DNA from: Myxococcota bacterium
Lineage (GTDB): Bacteria > Myxococcota_A > Polyangia > Polyangiales > Houyiibacteriaceae
DNA length: 64,000 nucleotides
Reading direction: 5' to 3'
Assembly (NCBI GenBank): GCA_039186435.1
Contig: JBCDAA010000001.1
Location: forward strand, 2,433 to 66,432
Made by a program: the position numbers and the translations under genes. Each line of letters begins with the position of its first letter. Position 1 is the stretch's first letter. The notes under the pieces were generated by a model. That model ran no database searches, was not told where the DNA came from, and saw only the letters and a program-made list of their open reading frames with translations. Positions 1 to 9,129 of this stretch are shown here, piece by piece.

Positions 1-1
1 G

Positions 2-118
2 GGCACTGGAATTGGCCTCGCCCTGGTGCGCGAGCTCGTCGTCGCTCATGGCGGTGATGTCACGATCCATTCGCGCCAAGGCGGAGGCTGTACAGTCCGA
101 TTGACACTGCCGCGGTGA
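2..118 (+). CDS. C-terminal fragment of a sensor histidine kinase (HATPase_c end); 5' part lies outside the window
   Basis: Frame 2 reads GTGIGLALVRELVVAHGGDVTIHSRQGGGCTVRLTLPR*, the GxGxGL ATP-lid end typical of HATPase_c. Stop TGA 116-118 overlaps the GTG start of the next ORF (GTGA). Confidence 0.6.
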   Translation, partial: GTGIGLALVRELVVAHGGDVTIHSRQGGGCTVRLTLPR

Positions 119-525
119 TCCGAAACACCGCAGCGGTGATCCGCATGGAGGAAGCCGGGGGTCTGATCCGGATCGACGCACATGGGTCGATTAGCGTGCA
201 TGAGATGATGGCGCACTTTCGCGAGCTCGAAGCGCTCGCAACAAGAACAAGTGGGCCTGTCGCCTCCGTGATCGACGCCCGTGGTGTTCAGCTAGACTCA
301 CTCTCACGAGCGCATCGCGACTGCGCGGTAGACGCACTTGCCCGCATGAGACCCGCCATCGCTGACCGCTACGTTGCGCAGGCCTTTGTCGTTCAGTCCA
401 TCATGGGACGTGCGTTCGTCGGAATGCTCCACCTCTTCGTGCGTCCGGCCCTGAAGAGCAGGAGCTTTCGAAACCTTGATGCCGCCATTCGATGGGCGGA
501 CCAGGAGTTGGAACGAGCACGCTAA
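115..525 (+). CDS. Hypothetical protein, STAS/SpoIIAA-like fold suspected
   Basis: 136-aa ORF translationally coupled to the kinase fragment. Its C-terminal part (AQAFVVQSIMGRAFVGMLHLFVRP...FRNLDAAIRWA) resembles STAS/SEC14-like small domains. The function call is weak. Confidence 0.5.
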   Translation: MIRNTAAVIRMEEAGGLIRIDAHGSISVHEMMAHFRELEALATRTSGPVASVIDARGVQLDSLSRAHRDCAVDALARMRPAIADRYVAQAFVVQSIMGRAFVGMLHLFVRPALKSRSFRNLDAAIRWADQELERAR

Positions 526-528
526 CCC

Positions 529-1167
529 CTATTTCGTTCCGAATAGTCGGTCCCCAGCGTCGCCCAATCCAGGAAGGATGTACCCTTTTTCGTTGAGCTT
601 CTCATCGACTGCAGGCGTGTAGACCGCAACGTCAGGGTGCGCTCGATGGAAGTTCTCGAGCCCCTCCGGGGCAGCGAGCAGGCATACAAACTTGATCGAT
701 CGCGGACCCGTCTTCTTGAGTCGTTCGATCGCGGCAATCGCGCTGTTACCAGTCGCCAGCATTGGGTCGCATACGATGACGTCGCGATCATTCATCTCGC
801 GCGGCACTTTGAAGAAGTACTCGACGGCCTGAAGAGTTGAGTGGTCTCGATAGAGACCGATGTGACCCACGCGCGCAGACGGAAGAATGGCGAGCATCCC
901 ATCGCGGATTCCATCGCCCGCGCGAAGGATGGAAACGATGACCACCTTCTTTCCGTCAAGCGTTGGTGCCTGCATGGTTGCGAGGGGTGTTTCGATCTCC
1001 TCGTAGGTGACGGCCATCGATCGTGTGACCTCGTATCCAAGCAGCATGCTGATCTCGGTGAGCAGCCGCCGGAACGTCCCGGTGCTCGTCTCCTTCTTCC
1101 GCATTAGCGTCAGCTTGTGTTGGATGAGCGGGTGGGTGATGACGTGAACGTTTTCGCCGTAGTCCAT
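529..1167 (-). CDS. upp: Uracil phosphoribosyltransferase
   Basis: Full-length match by eye to Upp: [24 protein letters not shown]-binding [14 protein letters not shown]-terminal [17 protein letters not shown]. Start trimmed to ATG 1167 (MDYGENVHV); the upstream ORF extension is Arg-rich junk. Confidence 0.93.
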   Translation of the reverse strand: MDYGENVHVITHPLIQHKLTLMRKKETSTGTFRRLLTEISMLLGYEVTRSMAVTYEEIETPLATMQAPTLDGKKVVIVSILRAGDGIRDGMLAILPSARVGHIGLYRDHSTLQAVEYFFKVPREMNDRDVIVCDPMLATGNSAIAAIERLKKTGPRSIKFVCLLAAPEGLENFHRAHPDVAVYTPAVDEKLNEKGYILPGLGDAGDRLFGTK

Positions 1168-1204
1168 GAATTCAAACCATACCCCGTTTGTTCCGGCGGC
1201 GTCG

Positions 1205-2452
1205 TCAAGTTGGCGGATCTGTTCCCGTCGGCCGCCGGATCGTCGGAAGGTCACGAAGCGTGACGAGGCGTCTCGGTGCAGGACCCGGTTCAAAACCGCT
1301 GCCGCGTTTCGTCGTGCACGGCGCTCGTCTGATGGGCTCGTCGTCCGCGACGCTGCCAGTTAGTTCAATTCCCTCCGCACGTACAACCTCTTCGGCCTCA
1401 TCCTTGAACGCAGAGCGAACAGCACTGACGACCGAACGCGAGAGATCGAGCTCGACCTTCTTGGAGGCGAGGTCAGTTTTGACATCCGCCAACGTCTTCC
1501 CCGGAGCAAGGTAGAGGGCGTCGTGTGCCGGATCCCCAACCGGAGCATTGTGCTCGACCCGCATCTTGTAGGTCCCATAGGGAAACGTCGTTGGCTTTCC
1601 ATGACGGTGGTCATGGCGGGCGCATGCGTGCGCGCTACGAAACCTGCGTCGCTCCGCGTGTGCTCGCGCGCGGACCTGCCTCCCTGTAAGCCCCGCTGCG
1701 CCGACCTTGAACGAGGGCGTGTAGCCGTCGAGCTCGTTTGGTGACGCGGGCTCGTTGTAGGCGTGGATGCTTCGGAGTCTTGTCGCGCCAAGAACGGGCT
1801 TCCCGCGCCGCTCACGCCGAATCGCACCGATAGCGGTTCGCTGTAGCGAGCGCATGTGATGAATCAGCCGATCGATGTCGCCGCCGAACGCACCATAGAG
1901 TTCAGGGGGAGGCTCGAAGTGTAGTGCGAGTTGACGGGGGCGCTTTTTCCCGAAGTAGATCGGCGGACGTTCGACAACCAAGGCTCCTTGTTTCCACAAT
2001 CCGAAATCGAAGGTCCACCCTGGGATCTCCGAAGGCGATGCAACCAGCCCGGCTGCGACACAGTTGAGAACTCCGTACAGCACGTCGGAGGCTTGTGATG
2101 CAGCATCCAAGAGACGCATCTGGTGAGTCGACCGTTGATCCCAAATCTGCCGCGGGCGGTCGAAGCCCTGGTCGAGAAGCAGCACGTTGAGTCCCTTGCT
2201 CACGTCCTCGTGAACTCGCTGCGTGAAGTCGGGCAGGTTCTCCGACGTGGGCGTGACGTGCGTGTGGTGGTGGTTGATGACGAGCGTTGTGCTGTGGACT
2301 GCTACTTGCGTGTGCCGTTGCGCGTCAGCGAGCGCGTACAGCCACGTCTGCGTTACGAGCGGATGCCACGGCGCGAGGAAGGCTTTTCGAAGAATGGTTC
2401 TGCGGCAGAGCGAGGTCGTTGCTCCACGGACGATCGGTCGCGGCCAGGACAT
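1205..2452 (-). CDS. IS200/IS605-like HUH (Y1) transposase-domain protein (COG1943 / RAYT-like) with a long C-terminal extension
   Basis: The N-terminal ~130 aa fit the IS200-like pattern. [22 protein letters not shown] is the N-terminal box, [11 protein letters not shown] is HUH-like, and [17 protein letters not shown]...IWDQRS...[23 protein letters not shown] is the Tyr helix. Start set to ATG 2452; the upstream part of ORF 1205..2893 is low-complexity and overlaps the flavin reductase gene. Confidence 0.5.
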   Translation of the reverse strand: MSWPRPIVRGATTSLCRRTILRKAFLAPWHPLVTQTWLYALADAQRHTQVAVHSTTLVINHHHTHVTPTSENLPDFTQRVHEDVSKGLNVLLLDQGFDRPRQIWDQRSTHQMRLLDAASQASDVLYGVLNCVAAGLVASPSEIPGWTFDFGLWKQGALVVERPPIYFGKKRPRQLALHFEPPPELYGAFGGDIDRLIHHMRSLQRTAIGAIRRERRGKPVLGATRLRSIHAYNEPASPNELDGYTPSFKVGAAGLTGRQVRARAHAERRRFRSAHACARHDHRHGKPTTFPYGTYKMRVEHNAPVGDPAHDALYLAPGKTLADVKTDLASKKVELDLSRSVVSAVRSAFKDEAEEVVRAEGIELTGSVADDEPIRRAPCTTKRGSGFEPGPAPRRLVTLRDLPTIRRPTGTDPPT

Positions 2453-2570
2453 GACCACTGCAAGAGCAGTTGTCGTGCCGGTCGCTCGGGCGAGTGGATT
2501 CAACAAGTTAGGGCGGCCGAATGGCGGATTGGCGGTTTCGGATCGGCGGCCGCCGGGCCCAAGTGTGAGA

Positions 2571-2693
2571 TACTGGTGCGTGCCGCTCGAGGTGCGAGAT
2601 GCTGGTGCGTGCCGCCCGAGGTGCGGCCGTCCAGCCGGACTTCCAAGGGTGCTAAAGGGTCGACAGTCTGACGTGTGCCGTCCGAGGTGCGGT
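2571..2693. repeat. Three copies of a GTGCCG(Y)(Y)CGAGGTGCGG element (two in a 29-bp tandem, one 55 bp further on) in an intergenic spacer
   Basis: Direct reading: tactggtgcgtgccgctcgaggtgcg (2571-2596), tgctggtgcgtgccgcccgaggtgcg (2600-2625) and gtgtgccgtccgaggtgcgg (2674-2693). It lies between the transposase-like gene start and the flavin reductase stop. Confidence 0.85.
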
Positions 2694-2732
2694 TGCGCCA
2701 CCGTCGGAACGACGAACTGTCCGCGAGCCGCT

Positions 2733-3218
2733 CTAGTCCGCGTCGATACGGCGATACGAACCGTCAAAATAGAGCAGAGGCGCTTTCGAACCGTCGACGG
2801 TGCCGTGGAGCACCTCACCGATGTAGATCGTGTGGGTGCCTTCGAGATGCGCGGACCGGACGCGGCACTCCAATTGGGCGAGGGCCCCATCAATCAAGGG
2901 CACGCCGGTATTCCCTTCGGTCCACGAGACCCCGTCGAACCGTTCCGCACCTGGGACAACAGCGAAGCGTGTGCTGATCGCTTCCTGGTCCGACGACAGA
3001 ATGTTGACGGCGAACACCCCCCCCGCATCGATCACATCGCGGGTTGTCGAAGATCGATTCGCGCACACCAGAACAAGCGGGGGCTCCGCCGATACGCTCG
3101 AAAACGCCGAAACGGTCATCCCGTGAATCTCGCTACCTGCGCGCGAAGTAAGCACTGTGACTCCGCTCGCCCATCGGCGCATGACCTGCTTGAACGTTGC
3201 ATCGTCGACGAGGCTCAT
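2733..3218 (-). CDS. Flavin reductase-like FMN-binding protein (HpaC/RutF family)
   Basis: 161 aa. FKQVMRRWASGVTVLTS...HGMTVSAFSSVSAEPPLVLVC...FAVNIL...F is the typical flavin_reduct domain. The start overlaps the upstream SDR stop (ATGA). Confidence 0.85.
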   Translation of the reverse strand: MSLVDDATFKQVMRRWASGVTVLTSRAGSEIHGMTVSAFSSVSAEPPLVLVCANRSSTTRDVIDAGGVFAVNILSSDQEAISTRFAVVPGAERFDGVSWTEGNTGVPLIDGALAQLECRVRSAHLEGTHTIYIGEVLHGTVDGSKAPLLYFDGSYRRIDAD

Positions 3219-4180
3219 AGTGCTCCTGCCAGGGAAGGGGCCCGCACGACCTCAGCGAGGTCCGAGGTGCGAAGGCCGACCATCTCCATGCTGATATTCC
3301 AAAGCTCGAGTGCTGAAGACGAGTCTCGCGCGGACGGCGCAGGCACCCGTATTTGGCAGTCTGCGAGGTACTTCCCTGAGACTCCCCGGAGAGAGGGGTC
3401 GCTTGCTGCGTACACGGAAGTCGCAGCCCCCTGGCTAGCGGTCTTCAAAAACGGTTGTGCGAGCCGTGTGGCGAGCGCGAGGGCTTTGCTGTCTCGAGTC
3501 ACGTTGGTTGCGACGGATCCGGGGTGCACAGCGTTGGATGTGATGATGGTTGCGTCCAGGCGCCGTGCGAGTTCCGCGGAGAACAGAATCTGCGCGAGTT
3601 TGCTGCGCGCGTACGCTTCGAGGCCACGATAACTCCCAGTCGCCGCGAGGTCGCCAAAGTTGAGCCCAGGGCTGGTAAGCCGGATCGGGATTCCCACAAC
3701 GTTGGCCAGATAGACCGCGCGCCCCATTGGACCCGACAGCCCCGCCTGCTCGTGGAGTCGGGATGAAACGTGGACAATTCTTCGATCGCCATCCGATTCC
3801 AGCATCCGTCCGAGCAGTCGGTGCGTCAGCAGAAAAGGTGCGAGATGGTTCACTGCAAAGGTGTCTTCGAAGCCTTCTTTTGAGCTGCGGCGTTCTTGAT
3901 GCCAGACCCCCGCGTTGTTGACCAACACATGGATGGGTTCGCCGGGTCGAAGCAACTCCCCCGCAAGGTTTTCCACGGCATCAAGCGACGAGAAGTCTGC
4001 TTGAAACGACTGTACGTCGCTTTCCTTGGCGCTTTGGCGGACCGCTACCTCTGCGTCCCGGGTGCGTTCCGGGTTGCGGCCGACGAGGCGTACTCGAGCA
4101 CCTCGGACGGCAAGGGCCTTCGCCGTTTCCAGGCCAATACCGCTGCTAGCGCCGGTAATTACGCAGACTCGGCCTTTCAT
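3215..4180 (-). CDS. Short-chain dehydrogenase/reductase (classical SDR, retinol-dehydrogenase-like)
   Basis: Has MKGRVCVITGASSGIGLETAKAL (TGxxxGxG), NNAG and YxxxK (YARSKLAQ). Start trimmed to ATG 4180. Overlaps the WS/DGAT stop and the flavin reductase start by 4 nt each. Confidence 0.85.
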   Translation of the reverse strand: MKGRVCVITGASSGIGLETAKALAVRGARVRLVGRNPERTRDAEVAVRQSAKESDVQSFQADFSSLDAVENLAGELLRPGEPIHVLVNNAGVWHQERRSSKEGFEDTFAVNHLAPFLLTHRLLGRMLESDGDRRIVHVSSRLHEQAGLSGPMGRAVYLANVVGIPIRLTSPGLNFGDLAATGSYRGLEAYARSKLAQILFSAELARRLDATIITSNAVHPGSVATNVTRDSKALALATRLAQPFLKTASQGAATSVYAASDPSLRGVSGKYLADCQIRVPAPSARDSSSALELWNISMEMVGLRTSDLAEVVRAPSLAGAL

Positions 4181-5589
4181 GACTGTGAAACCTGCGATCG
4201 TTCTTCCTCGCGCACCAGGCTCGAGAGCTCCTCGTACGCGCCGGCAACCGCCTCGGCCATCCTCCACACGTCGGGGACCACCTGGGCGCACACCATGAAA
4301 CCAAAATCGACCTCGCCGCGATAGCTCATAACGGTGAGGTTCAGCCCCGCTCCATCGATGACGGGTCCCATTGGATAGGCCGATACGAGCTCCGCTCCTG
4401 CCAGGTAGGCCGTAAAGGGTGGGCCCGGCACGTTGGAGACGATAACGTTGTGGATAGGCCGGTGGTGGTCCGCAAGTTTGAACCGCGAGTAGAGGTCGCT
4501 TGCGAAATCGAAGGTGCTCGAAGGGGCGAGCTGTGCCCAATCGCGGAGCAGATGAGGCCCCCACGTCGCGTGGTTTGCTTTCGCTCCTTTAGTCGCGGCG
4601 CAAATGTACCGCAGTCGTTCTTCTGGGTCGTCGATGTGGGTTCCGAGAGGGACGAACATGGCGGAAACGTTGTTACCGCCACCTCGACCGCCGGTGGCGA
4701 TCGGGCATCCTGCGACAAGCGATTGGGAGGGGAGGTCGTCGTGATGGGCGAGGTAGCGGCGCAAAACTCCTGCGCAAATCGCGAGGATCACGTCGTTGAG
4801 CTTCGCACCTGGGACGGTCTTCTTGATGCGTTTGAGTCCCGCTAGTGGGAGACGGGAAAACGCGACGTCGCGGCGCGCACCGATCGCGTGATTCAGCCGC
4901 GTCCGAGGTGCTGTTAGCGGAATTCCGCCACTGGGACGTTGGGGATCCCGCTGGCGGTCGAGCACCTCTCCAAATGCTTTCGCCGTGCGCTTTGCGAGAT
5001 GAAACAACCGTTGCGGTTGCCGCAATCGGTGCGACGCCGCCGTTTTCAGCATTTCGAACTCGGAGGGGACCGGTTCGCGGGGCAGCTCAAGCGCCGTCGG
5101 CTCTGCGAGTTCGGGCTGAAGGCTGAGCAGATGGACCATGAGCCCGGCGCCCATCATGCCGTCCACTGCGCTGTGGTGTACTTTACACACGACGGCGAAC
5201 CGCCCGTTTTCGAGGCCCTCCACGACCCAAAGCTCCCAAAGCGGCCGGTCTCTCGGAAGCGGCGCGCTGTTGATTCGCCCGACGAGTTCGCCGAGTTGCT
5301 TCGCCGTCCCAGGTGCGGGGCAGGTCACCCGCCGCATGTGATGGATCAGATCAAAATCGGGATCCTCAAACCAGTACGGGTGATCGATCCCAAGCGGGTC
5401 GGCGACCAGTCGTCGCGTGAACGGTGGAAGCCGGCCGAGGCGACTTCGAATGAGGTCTTCGACAGCCTCGTAGCGGTACCCGCCCGGCATCGTTGACGGA
5501 TCCAGGACCGCGCAGAGAGCGACATGCATGTGCATCTCTCGGGTCTCGAGGTACAGAAACGACGCATCCAGTCCCGAAAGCTGCTCCAT
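4177..5589 (-). CDS. Wax ester synthase / diacylglycerol acyltransferase (WS/DGAT family)
   Basis: 470 aa. N-terminal LSGLDASFLYLE, catalytic HHSAVDG (HHxxxDG) and a C-terminal PLYxxG-like region (VSAYPMGPVIDGAGLNLTVMSYRG). Confidence 0.9.
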   Translation of the reverse strand: MEQLSGLDASFLYLETREMHMHVALCAVLDPSTMPGGYRYEAVEDLIRSRLGRLPPFTRRLVADPLGIDHPYWFEDPDFDLIHHMRRVTCPAPGTAKQLGELVGRINSAPLPRDRPLWELWVVEGLENGRFAVVCKVHHSAVDGMMGAGLMVHLLSLQPELAEPTALELPREPVPSEFEMLKTAASHRLRQPQRLFHLAKRTAKAFGEVLDRQRDPQRPSGGIPLTAPRTRLNHAIGARRDVAFSRLPLAGLKRIKKTVPGAKLNDVILAICAGVLRRYLAHHDDLPSQSLVAGCPIATGGRGGGNNVSAMFVPLGTHIDDPEERLRYICAATKGAKANHATWGPHLLRDWAQLAPSSTFDFASDLYSRFKLADHHRPIHNVIVSNVPGPPFTAYLAGAELVSAYPMGPVIDGAGLNLTVMSYRGEVDFGFMVCAQVVPDVWRMAEAVAGAYEELSSLVREEERSQVSQS

Positions 5590-5655
5590 CGTGGCCGGCG
5601 AAACGATAGCGCCGCCGGCGTTGACGGTCCACGAGACTGAGCCTACCGCCCCGAA

Positions 5656-6552
5656 ATGACGCGGTTTGTCTTGCTAGCCGTAGTTGTCGCCGGCTGTGGC
5701 TTCGAACGAAGGCTCGAATATGTGCCCGTTCGGAGCGAAGTGATGCGGGCCGAACTTTCGTTTTCCGTGTACACGCCGCCCGATTTTCGCGAGGACGAGG
5801 AGCTGCCGCTCGTGCTGTTTCTCCACGGTGGTGGAGACGACCCGGCTGTCTTCGACCGCTATGGATTGTCCGCACGTTTGGACGCTGCCGTTCGCGCCGG
5901 CGAAGTGCCTCGTGCCGTGATCTTCCTTCCTCAGGGGGACAACGGTTTTTGGATGAACTGGTACGACGGCACGCGCCGCTACGAGGACTGGATTGTCGAT
6001 GAGCTCATGCCGCAGGTTGCGGAGCGCTATCACACCGCGCGGTGCCCCGAGAGCTGCCACGTTATGGGAGTTTCGATGGGCGGACACGGCGCGCTTCGGT
6101 TTGCGCTGCATCGACCGGAACACTTCGCGTCCGTTAGCGCGCTGAGCGGCCCGATCTTCACGACGGAGCAGATGGCGGACTTCACCAACAACCGCCTCTT
6201 TAGCATCCTGATCCCCACCCATCGGATCTTCGGCCCCTCGGAGCCGCGTTCGCGAATCGCCGATGAAGATATTTTCCTCCGCTGGACAGCACCCGAGGAC
6301 GTTGGTGACCTCCGTATCTTCCTCGCATGGGGCACCCGGGATCGCGGGGGACTGAAGGACCTGAACGTGCGGTTCAGCGAGCACCTCGGACGTTCGGGGA
6401 TCCGTCATCACGCCGAGGAATACGAAGGGAATCACAGCTGGGTCAGCTGGACGCCTATCATCTTCCGGGCGCTTCGACATCAGGTGGCCAAACACGAGCT
6501 GGTTTCGGAAGAAGGCGTCGAGGTGACGGCATCCAGGGCCAGCGAGAGTTGA
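5656..6552 (+). CDS. Secreted/lipoprotein esterase (esterase D / putative esterase family, alpha/beta hydrolase)
   Basis: Lipobox-like signal MTRFVLLAVVVAGCG, LPLVLFLHGGGDD, and nucleophile elbow GVSMGGHGAL. Confidence 0.8.
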   Translation: MTRFVLLAVVVAGCGFERRLEYVPVRSEVMRAELSFSVYTPPDFREDEELPLVLFLHGGGDDPAVFDRYGLSARLDAAVRAGEVPRAVIFLPQGDNGFWMNWYDGTRRYEDWIVDELMPQVAERYHTARCPESCHVMGVSMGGHGALRFALHRPEHFASVSALSGPIFTTEQMADFTNNRLFSILIPTHRIFGPSEPRSRIADEDIFLRWTAPEDVGDLRIFLAWGTRDRGGLKDLNVRFSEHLGRSGIRHHAEEYEGNHSWVSWTPIIFRALRHQVAKHELVSEEGVEVTASRASES

Positions 6553-6597
6553 ATCCAAGGGTGGACGTGATAGGTCGGTGCCGTTGAGGAGGTGAGC

Positions 6598-7326
6598 ATG
6601 TCGGGCGCGCGGCCGTACGCACTGGTGACCGGGGGAAGTCGCGGAATCGGCGCTGCCATCGCGCGCGCGCTTGCGGCGGCGGGGCATCCCATCCTCCTCA
6701 ACTATCGATCCAACCACGACGCGGCGGGGCAGGTGAAAGCCTCGATCGAAAGCACCGGCGGCGAGGTTCGGCTCGTCCCCTTTGATGTCGCCGATCGCAG
6801 TGCCGCGGACGCCGCGGTTGCTCAACTCTTGGACGAGAAGCTTGAGGTTGGAGTTCTCGTCAACAATGCGGGAATCGCGCAAGACAACAGCTTTCCGACC
6901 ATGACGTGGGAGCAGTGGGAACAGGTGACGCGGGTTACCTTAGACGGCTTCTTCAACGTCACCCGTCAGCTCGTAATGCCGATGGTGCGTCGCCGCTGGG
7001 GCCGAATCATCAACGTCTCGAGCGTCAGCGGGGTGATCGGAAATCGCGGTCAAGTGAACTACTCGGCGGCGAAGGCGGGACTCATTGGCGCGACCAAGGC
7101 GCTCGCGCAAGAGGTAGCCAAGCGCCGGGTCACAGTGAATGCCGTGGCGCCAGGGCTCGTCGAGACCGAAATGATTGAGGGTGCGCCCCTCGACATCATC
7201 TTGAAGCACATCCCCATGCGCCGAATCGGGAAGCCGGAGGAAGTCGCGTCGTTGGTTGCGTATTTAGCGAGTGATCTTGCGGGGTACATCACCGGACAAG
7301 CGATTGTGATGAGCGGAGGCCTGTGA
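6598..7326 (+). CDS. fabG: 3-oxoacyl-ACP reductase (FabG-like SDR)
   Basis: ALVTGGSRGIGAAIA, NNAG, S...YSAAKAG catalytic set, PGLVETEM. GGAGG sits 6 nt upstream of ATG 6598; the ORF track starts at GTG 6592. Confidence 0.9.
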   Translation: MSGARPYALVTGGSRGIGAAIARALAAAGHPILLNYRSNHDAAGQVKASIESTGGEVRLVPFDVADRSAADAAVAQLLDEKLEVGVLVNNAGIAQDNSFPTMTWEQWEQVTRVTLDGFFNVTRQLVMPMVRRRWGRIINVSSVSGVIGNRGQVNYSAAKAGLIGATKALAQEVAKRRVTVNAVAPGLVETEMIEGAPLDIILKHIPMRRIGKPEEVASLVAYLASDLAGYITGQAIVMSGGL

Positions 7327-7402
7327 GCCCGCTTTGTCCCAGGTGCGCGCGAATCCTCCCAGGAGCTCCACTGGTCCCGCCACTCCACGGGGCGCAGCGC
7401 TT

Positions 7403-7487
7403 CGATCCGTCCGAGGTGCTCGATTCGTCCGAGGTGCTCGATTCGTCCGAGGAGCTCGATTCGTCCGAGGTGCTCGATTTCTCCGTA
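7403..7487. repeat. 18-bp tandem repeat, about 4.7 copies (CGATYCGTCCGAGGTGCT)
   Basis: Copies at 7403, 7421, 7439 (one G->A change), 7457 and a partial copy at 7475. It lies in the 236-bp gap between fabG and the next gene. The core is the dispersed GTCCGAGGTGC motif. Confidence 0.95.
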
Positions 7488-7561
7488 GGGAGAGCGGGCT
7501 CGGTTTCTGGCGATTGGACCTGCACCTCGGTCGACGACCGACGTGCCAGCCAGCGGTACGG

Positions 7562-8179
7562 ATGCGCGTCCTAGGTGCGGTTCTGAACGCGGTGCTTGTC
7601 ATCGCCTACCCAATCGGGGTCTGGCTCGCGCTCACCCGTTTCCGTCCTCGATTTGTGGGACTTCTCGTGCTCGCAGCGGTCGTTCCAATACTCGTCCTGC
7701 GTTTCTGGAAGGCCGACCGCGAGCACCTCGTCGCCGTCCTGCGGGTCCCGCTCGTCATTCTCACCGTCCTTCTGCTGGGCGTGGCGACCGACGACTCTCG
7801 CTTTCTTCTCTTCCTCCCCGTCTTTATCAACGGAGCGCTTCTCCTCACCTTCGGAAGTTCGCTTCGGCAGGACGTTTCTCTGATCGAGCGGTTTGCCCGC
7901 CTCCAAGAACCTGACCTCTCAGCGGCGAAGCAGGCGCACTGCAGGCAAGCGACCGTTGCGTGGTGCGTCTTCTTTTTCCTGAATGCGGTGACGGCAGCGG
8001 GAATGGCGCTGGTAGCGCCCATTTCGTGGTGGGCCGCCTACAACGGCGGTATCGCCTATGCGCTGATCGGCGTGATGTTTGCGGGGGAGTATGTCGTCCG
8101 AAAGTACCGATTTCGGGACTACGGTGGCGGCCTTCACGACCGCTTGCTCTCGACGCTTTTCCCGCCGGAGGGATCATGA
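7562..8179 (+). CDS. Polytopic membrane protein, unknown function (resembles the COG4648-type membrane protein of aryl-polyene-like clusters)
   Basis: 205 aa from ATG 7562, with about 5 hydrophobic helices. The stop overlaps the next start (ATGA). The upstream part of ORF 7334.. is translated repeat (VRGARF x4) and probably not coding. Confidence 0.5.
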   Translation: MRVLGAVLNAVLVIAYPIGVWLALTRFRPRFVGLLVLAAVVPILVLRFWKADREHLVAVLRVPLVILTVLLLGVATDDSRFLLFLPVFINGALLLTFGSSLRQDVSLIERFARLQEPDLSAAKQAHCRQATVAWCVFFFLNAVTAAGMALVAPISWWAAYNGGIAYALIGVMFAGEYVVRKYRFRDYGGGLHDRLLSTLFPPEGS

Positions 8180-9129
8180 CCCGGCGTTTGGACGACCGTG
8201 GCCGCACGTCCGTTGCGACCCCTCCGGATAGGACCGAGCCCTCGTGGCGGAACATGCAAGAACGAGGGACCGTCGTTGGCATCAAGACACTTGTCATTTG
8301 CGCGACGATGTTTGGACGTGCTCCCGCGCGGGCCATCCTCTACCTCGTCGCGCTCTACTACACCCTCGCCTCGTCCCAGGTGCGTCGCGCGGTCACCTCG
8401 TTTCGCGGCCGACTCGGCGTTTCGACCGGGTTTGGCGCGACCTACCGCACTGTACTTCGGTTCGCACAATGCTCGCTCGACGCACTCTTTCAGCTCCGGG
8501 GCATGACGAAGCACTTTCGAGTGGAGCGCAACGGCCACGAAATCCTGGGCGAACTTCGCGAAACCGGCACAAGTGCGATCCTCCTTGGAGCACACCTCGG
8601 TAGCATTCACGCCATGCGGAGTCAGAGTCGCGACGAAGCGCTTCCTGTTGTTCCTGTCGTGTACACAAAGAACGCGCGACGATTTAACCGCGTCCTTGAG
8701 GAGCTGGACCCGACCTCAACGACCCGGCTCATCGAGATCGGTGACGGGGACGATATGGATTTCATGCTCGCCATCCGGGAACGTGCGGAGAGCGGAGCGC
8801 TGATCGCGATTTTGGGCGATCGCACGCAACCCGGTGCCAAGACGGTCGACGTCGACTTTCTCGGAGCGAAGGCCCAGGTGCCCGCGGGTCCCTACATCCT
8901 CGCCGCGACGTTGCGCCTACCCGTGTACTTCACCGTCGGGATCTACCGGGGCGGCGCTGACTATGAGTTCTTCTGCATTCCCTTTGCGGACCGAATTGTG
9001 CTCCCGCGCGGAAAGCGCCAGGAGGCGATCGCGGAATACGCGCAAAAATACGCGGATCTGCTTACAGAGTTCTGTCGAAAGGAGCCGGATAACTGGTTCA
9101 ACTTCTTCGACTTTTGGAGCGGCCAATGA
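8176..9129 (+). CDS. Lipid A biosynthesis (LpxL/HtrB)-type lysophospholipid acyltransferase family protein
   Basis: 317 aa from ATG 8176. The overall pattern (N-terminal membrane helix, ILLGAHLGS..., LIAILGDR...VDFLGAKAQVPAGPYILA) fits the lauroyl/myristoyl acyltransferase family. 4-nt overlaps at both ends. Confidence 0.6.
   Translation: MTRRLDDRGRTSVATPPDRTEPSWRNMQERGTVVGIKTLVICATMFGRAPARAILYLVALYYTLASSQVRRAVTSFRGRLGVSTGFGATYRTVLRFAQCSLDALFQLRGMTKHFRVERNGHEILGELRETGTSAILLGAHLGSIHAMRSQSRDEALPVVPVVYTKNARRFNRVLEELDPTSTTRLIEIGDGDDMDFMLAIRERAESGALIAILGDRTQPGAKTVDVDFLGAKAQVPAGPYILAATLRLPVYFTVGIYRGGADYEFFCIPFADRIVLPRGKRQEAIAEYAQKYADLLTEFCRKEPDNWFNFFDFWSGQ

Noticed and set aside
1205-2452. The window as a mobile genetic island or prophage
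   Set aside because: There is only one transposase-domain gene. It has no terminal inverted repeats that I can see, and there is no integrase, phage structural, conjugation or tRNA-flank signature. Composition looks uniform across the window.
2453-2893. Upstream extensions of several minus-strand ORFs: 1205..2893, 3215..4564, 29462..32170, 61466..62560, 25659..27062, 26830..28140
   Set aside because: In each case the extension is low-complexity Pro/Arg/Ser-rich sequence that overlaps neighbouring genes or repeat DNA. A convincing internal ATG precedes a signal peptide or the first conserved motif.
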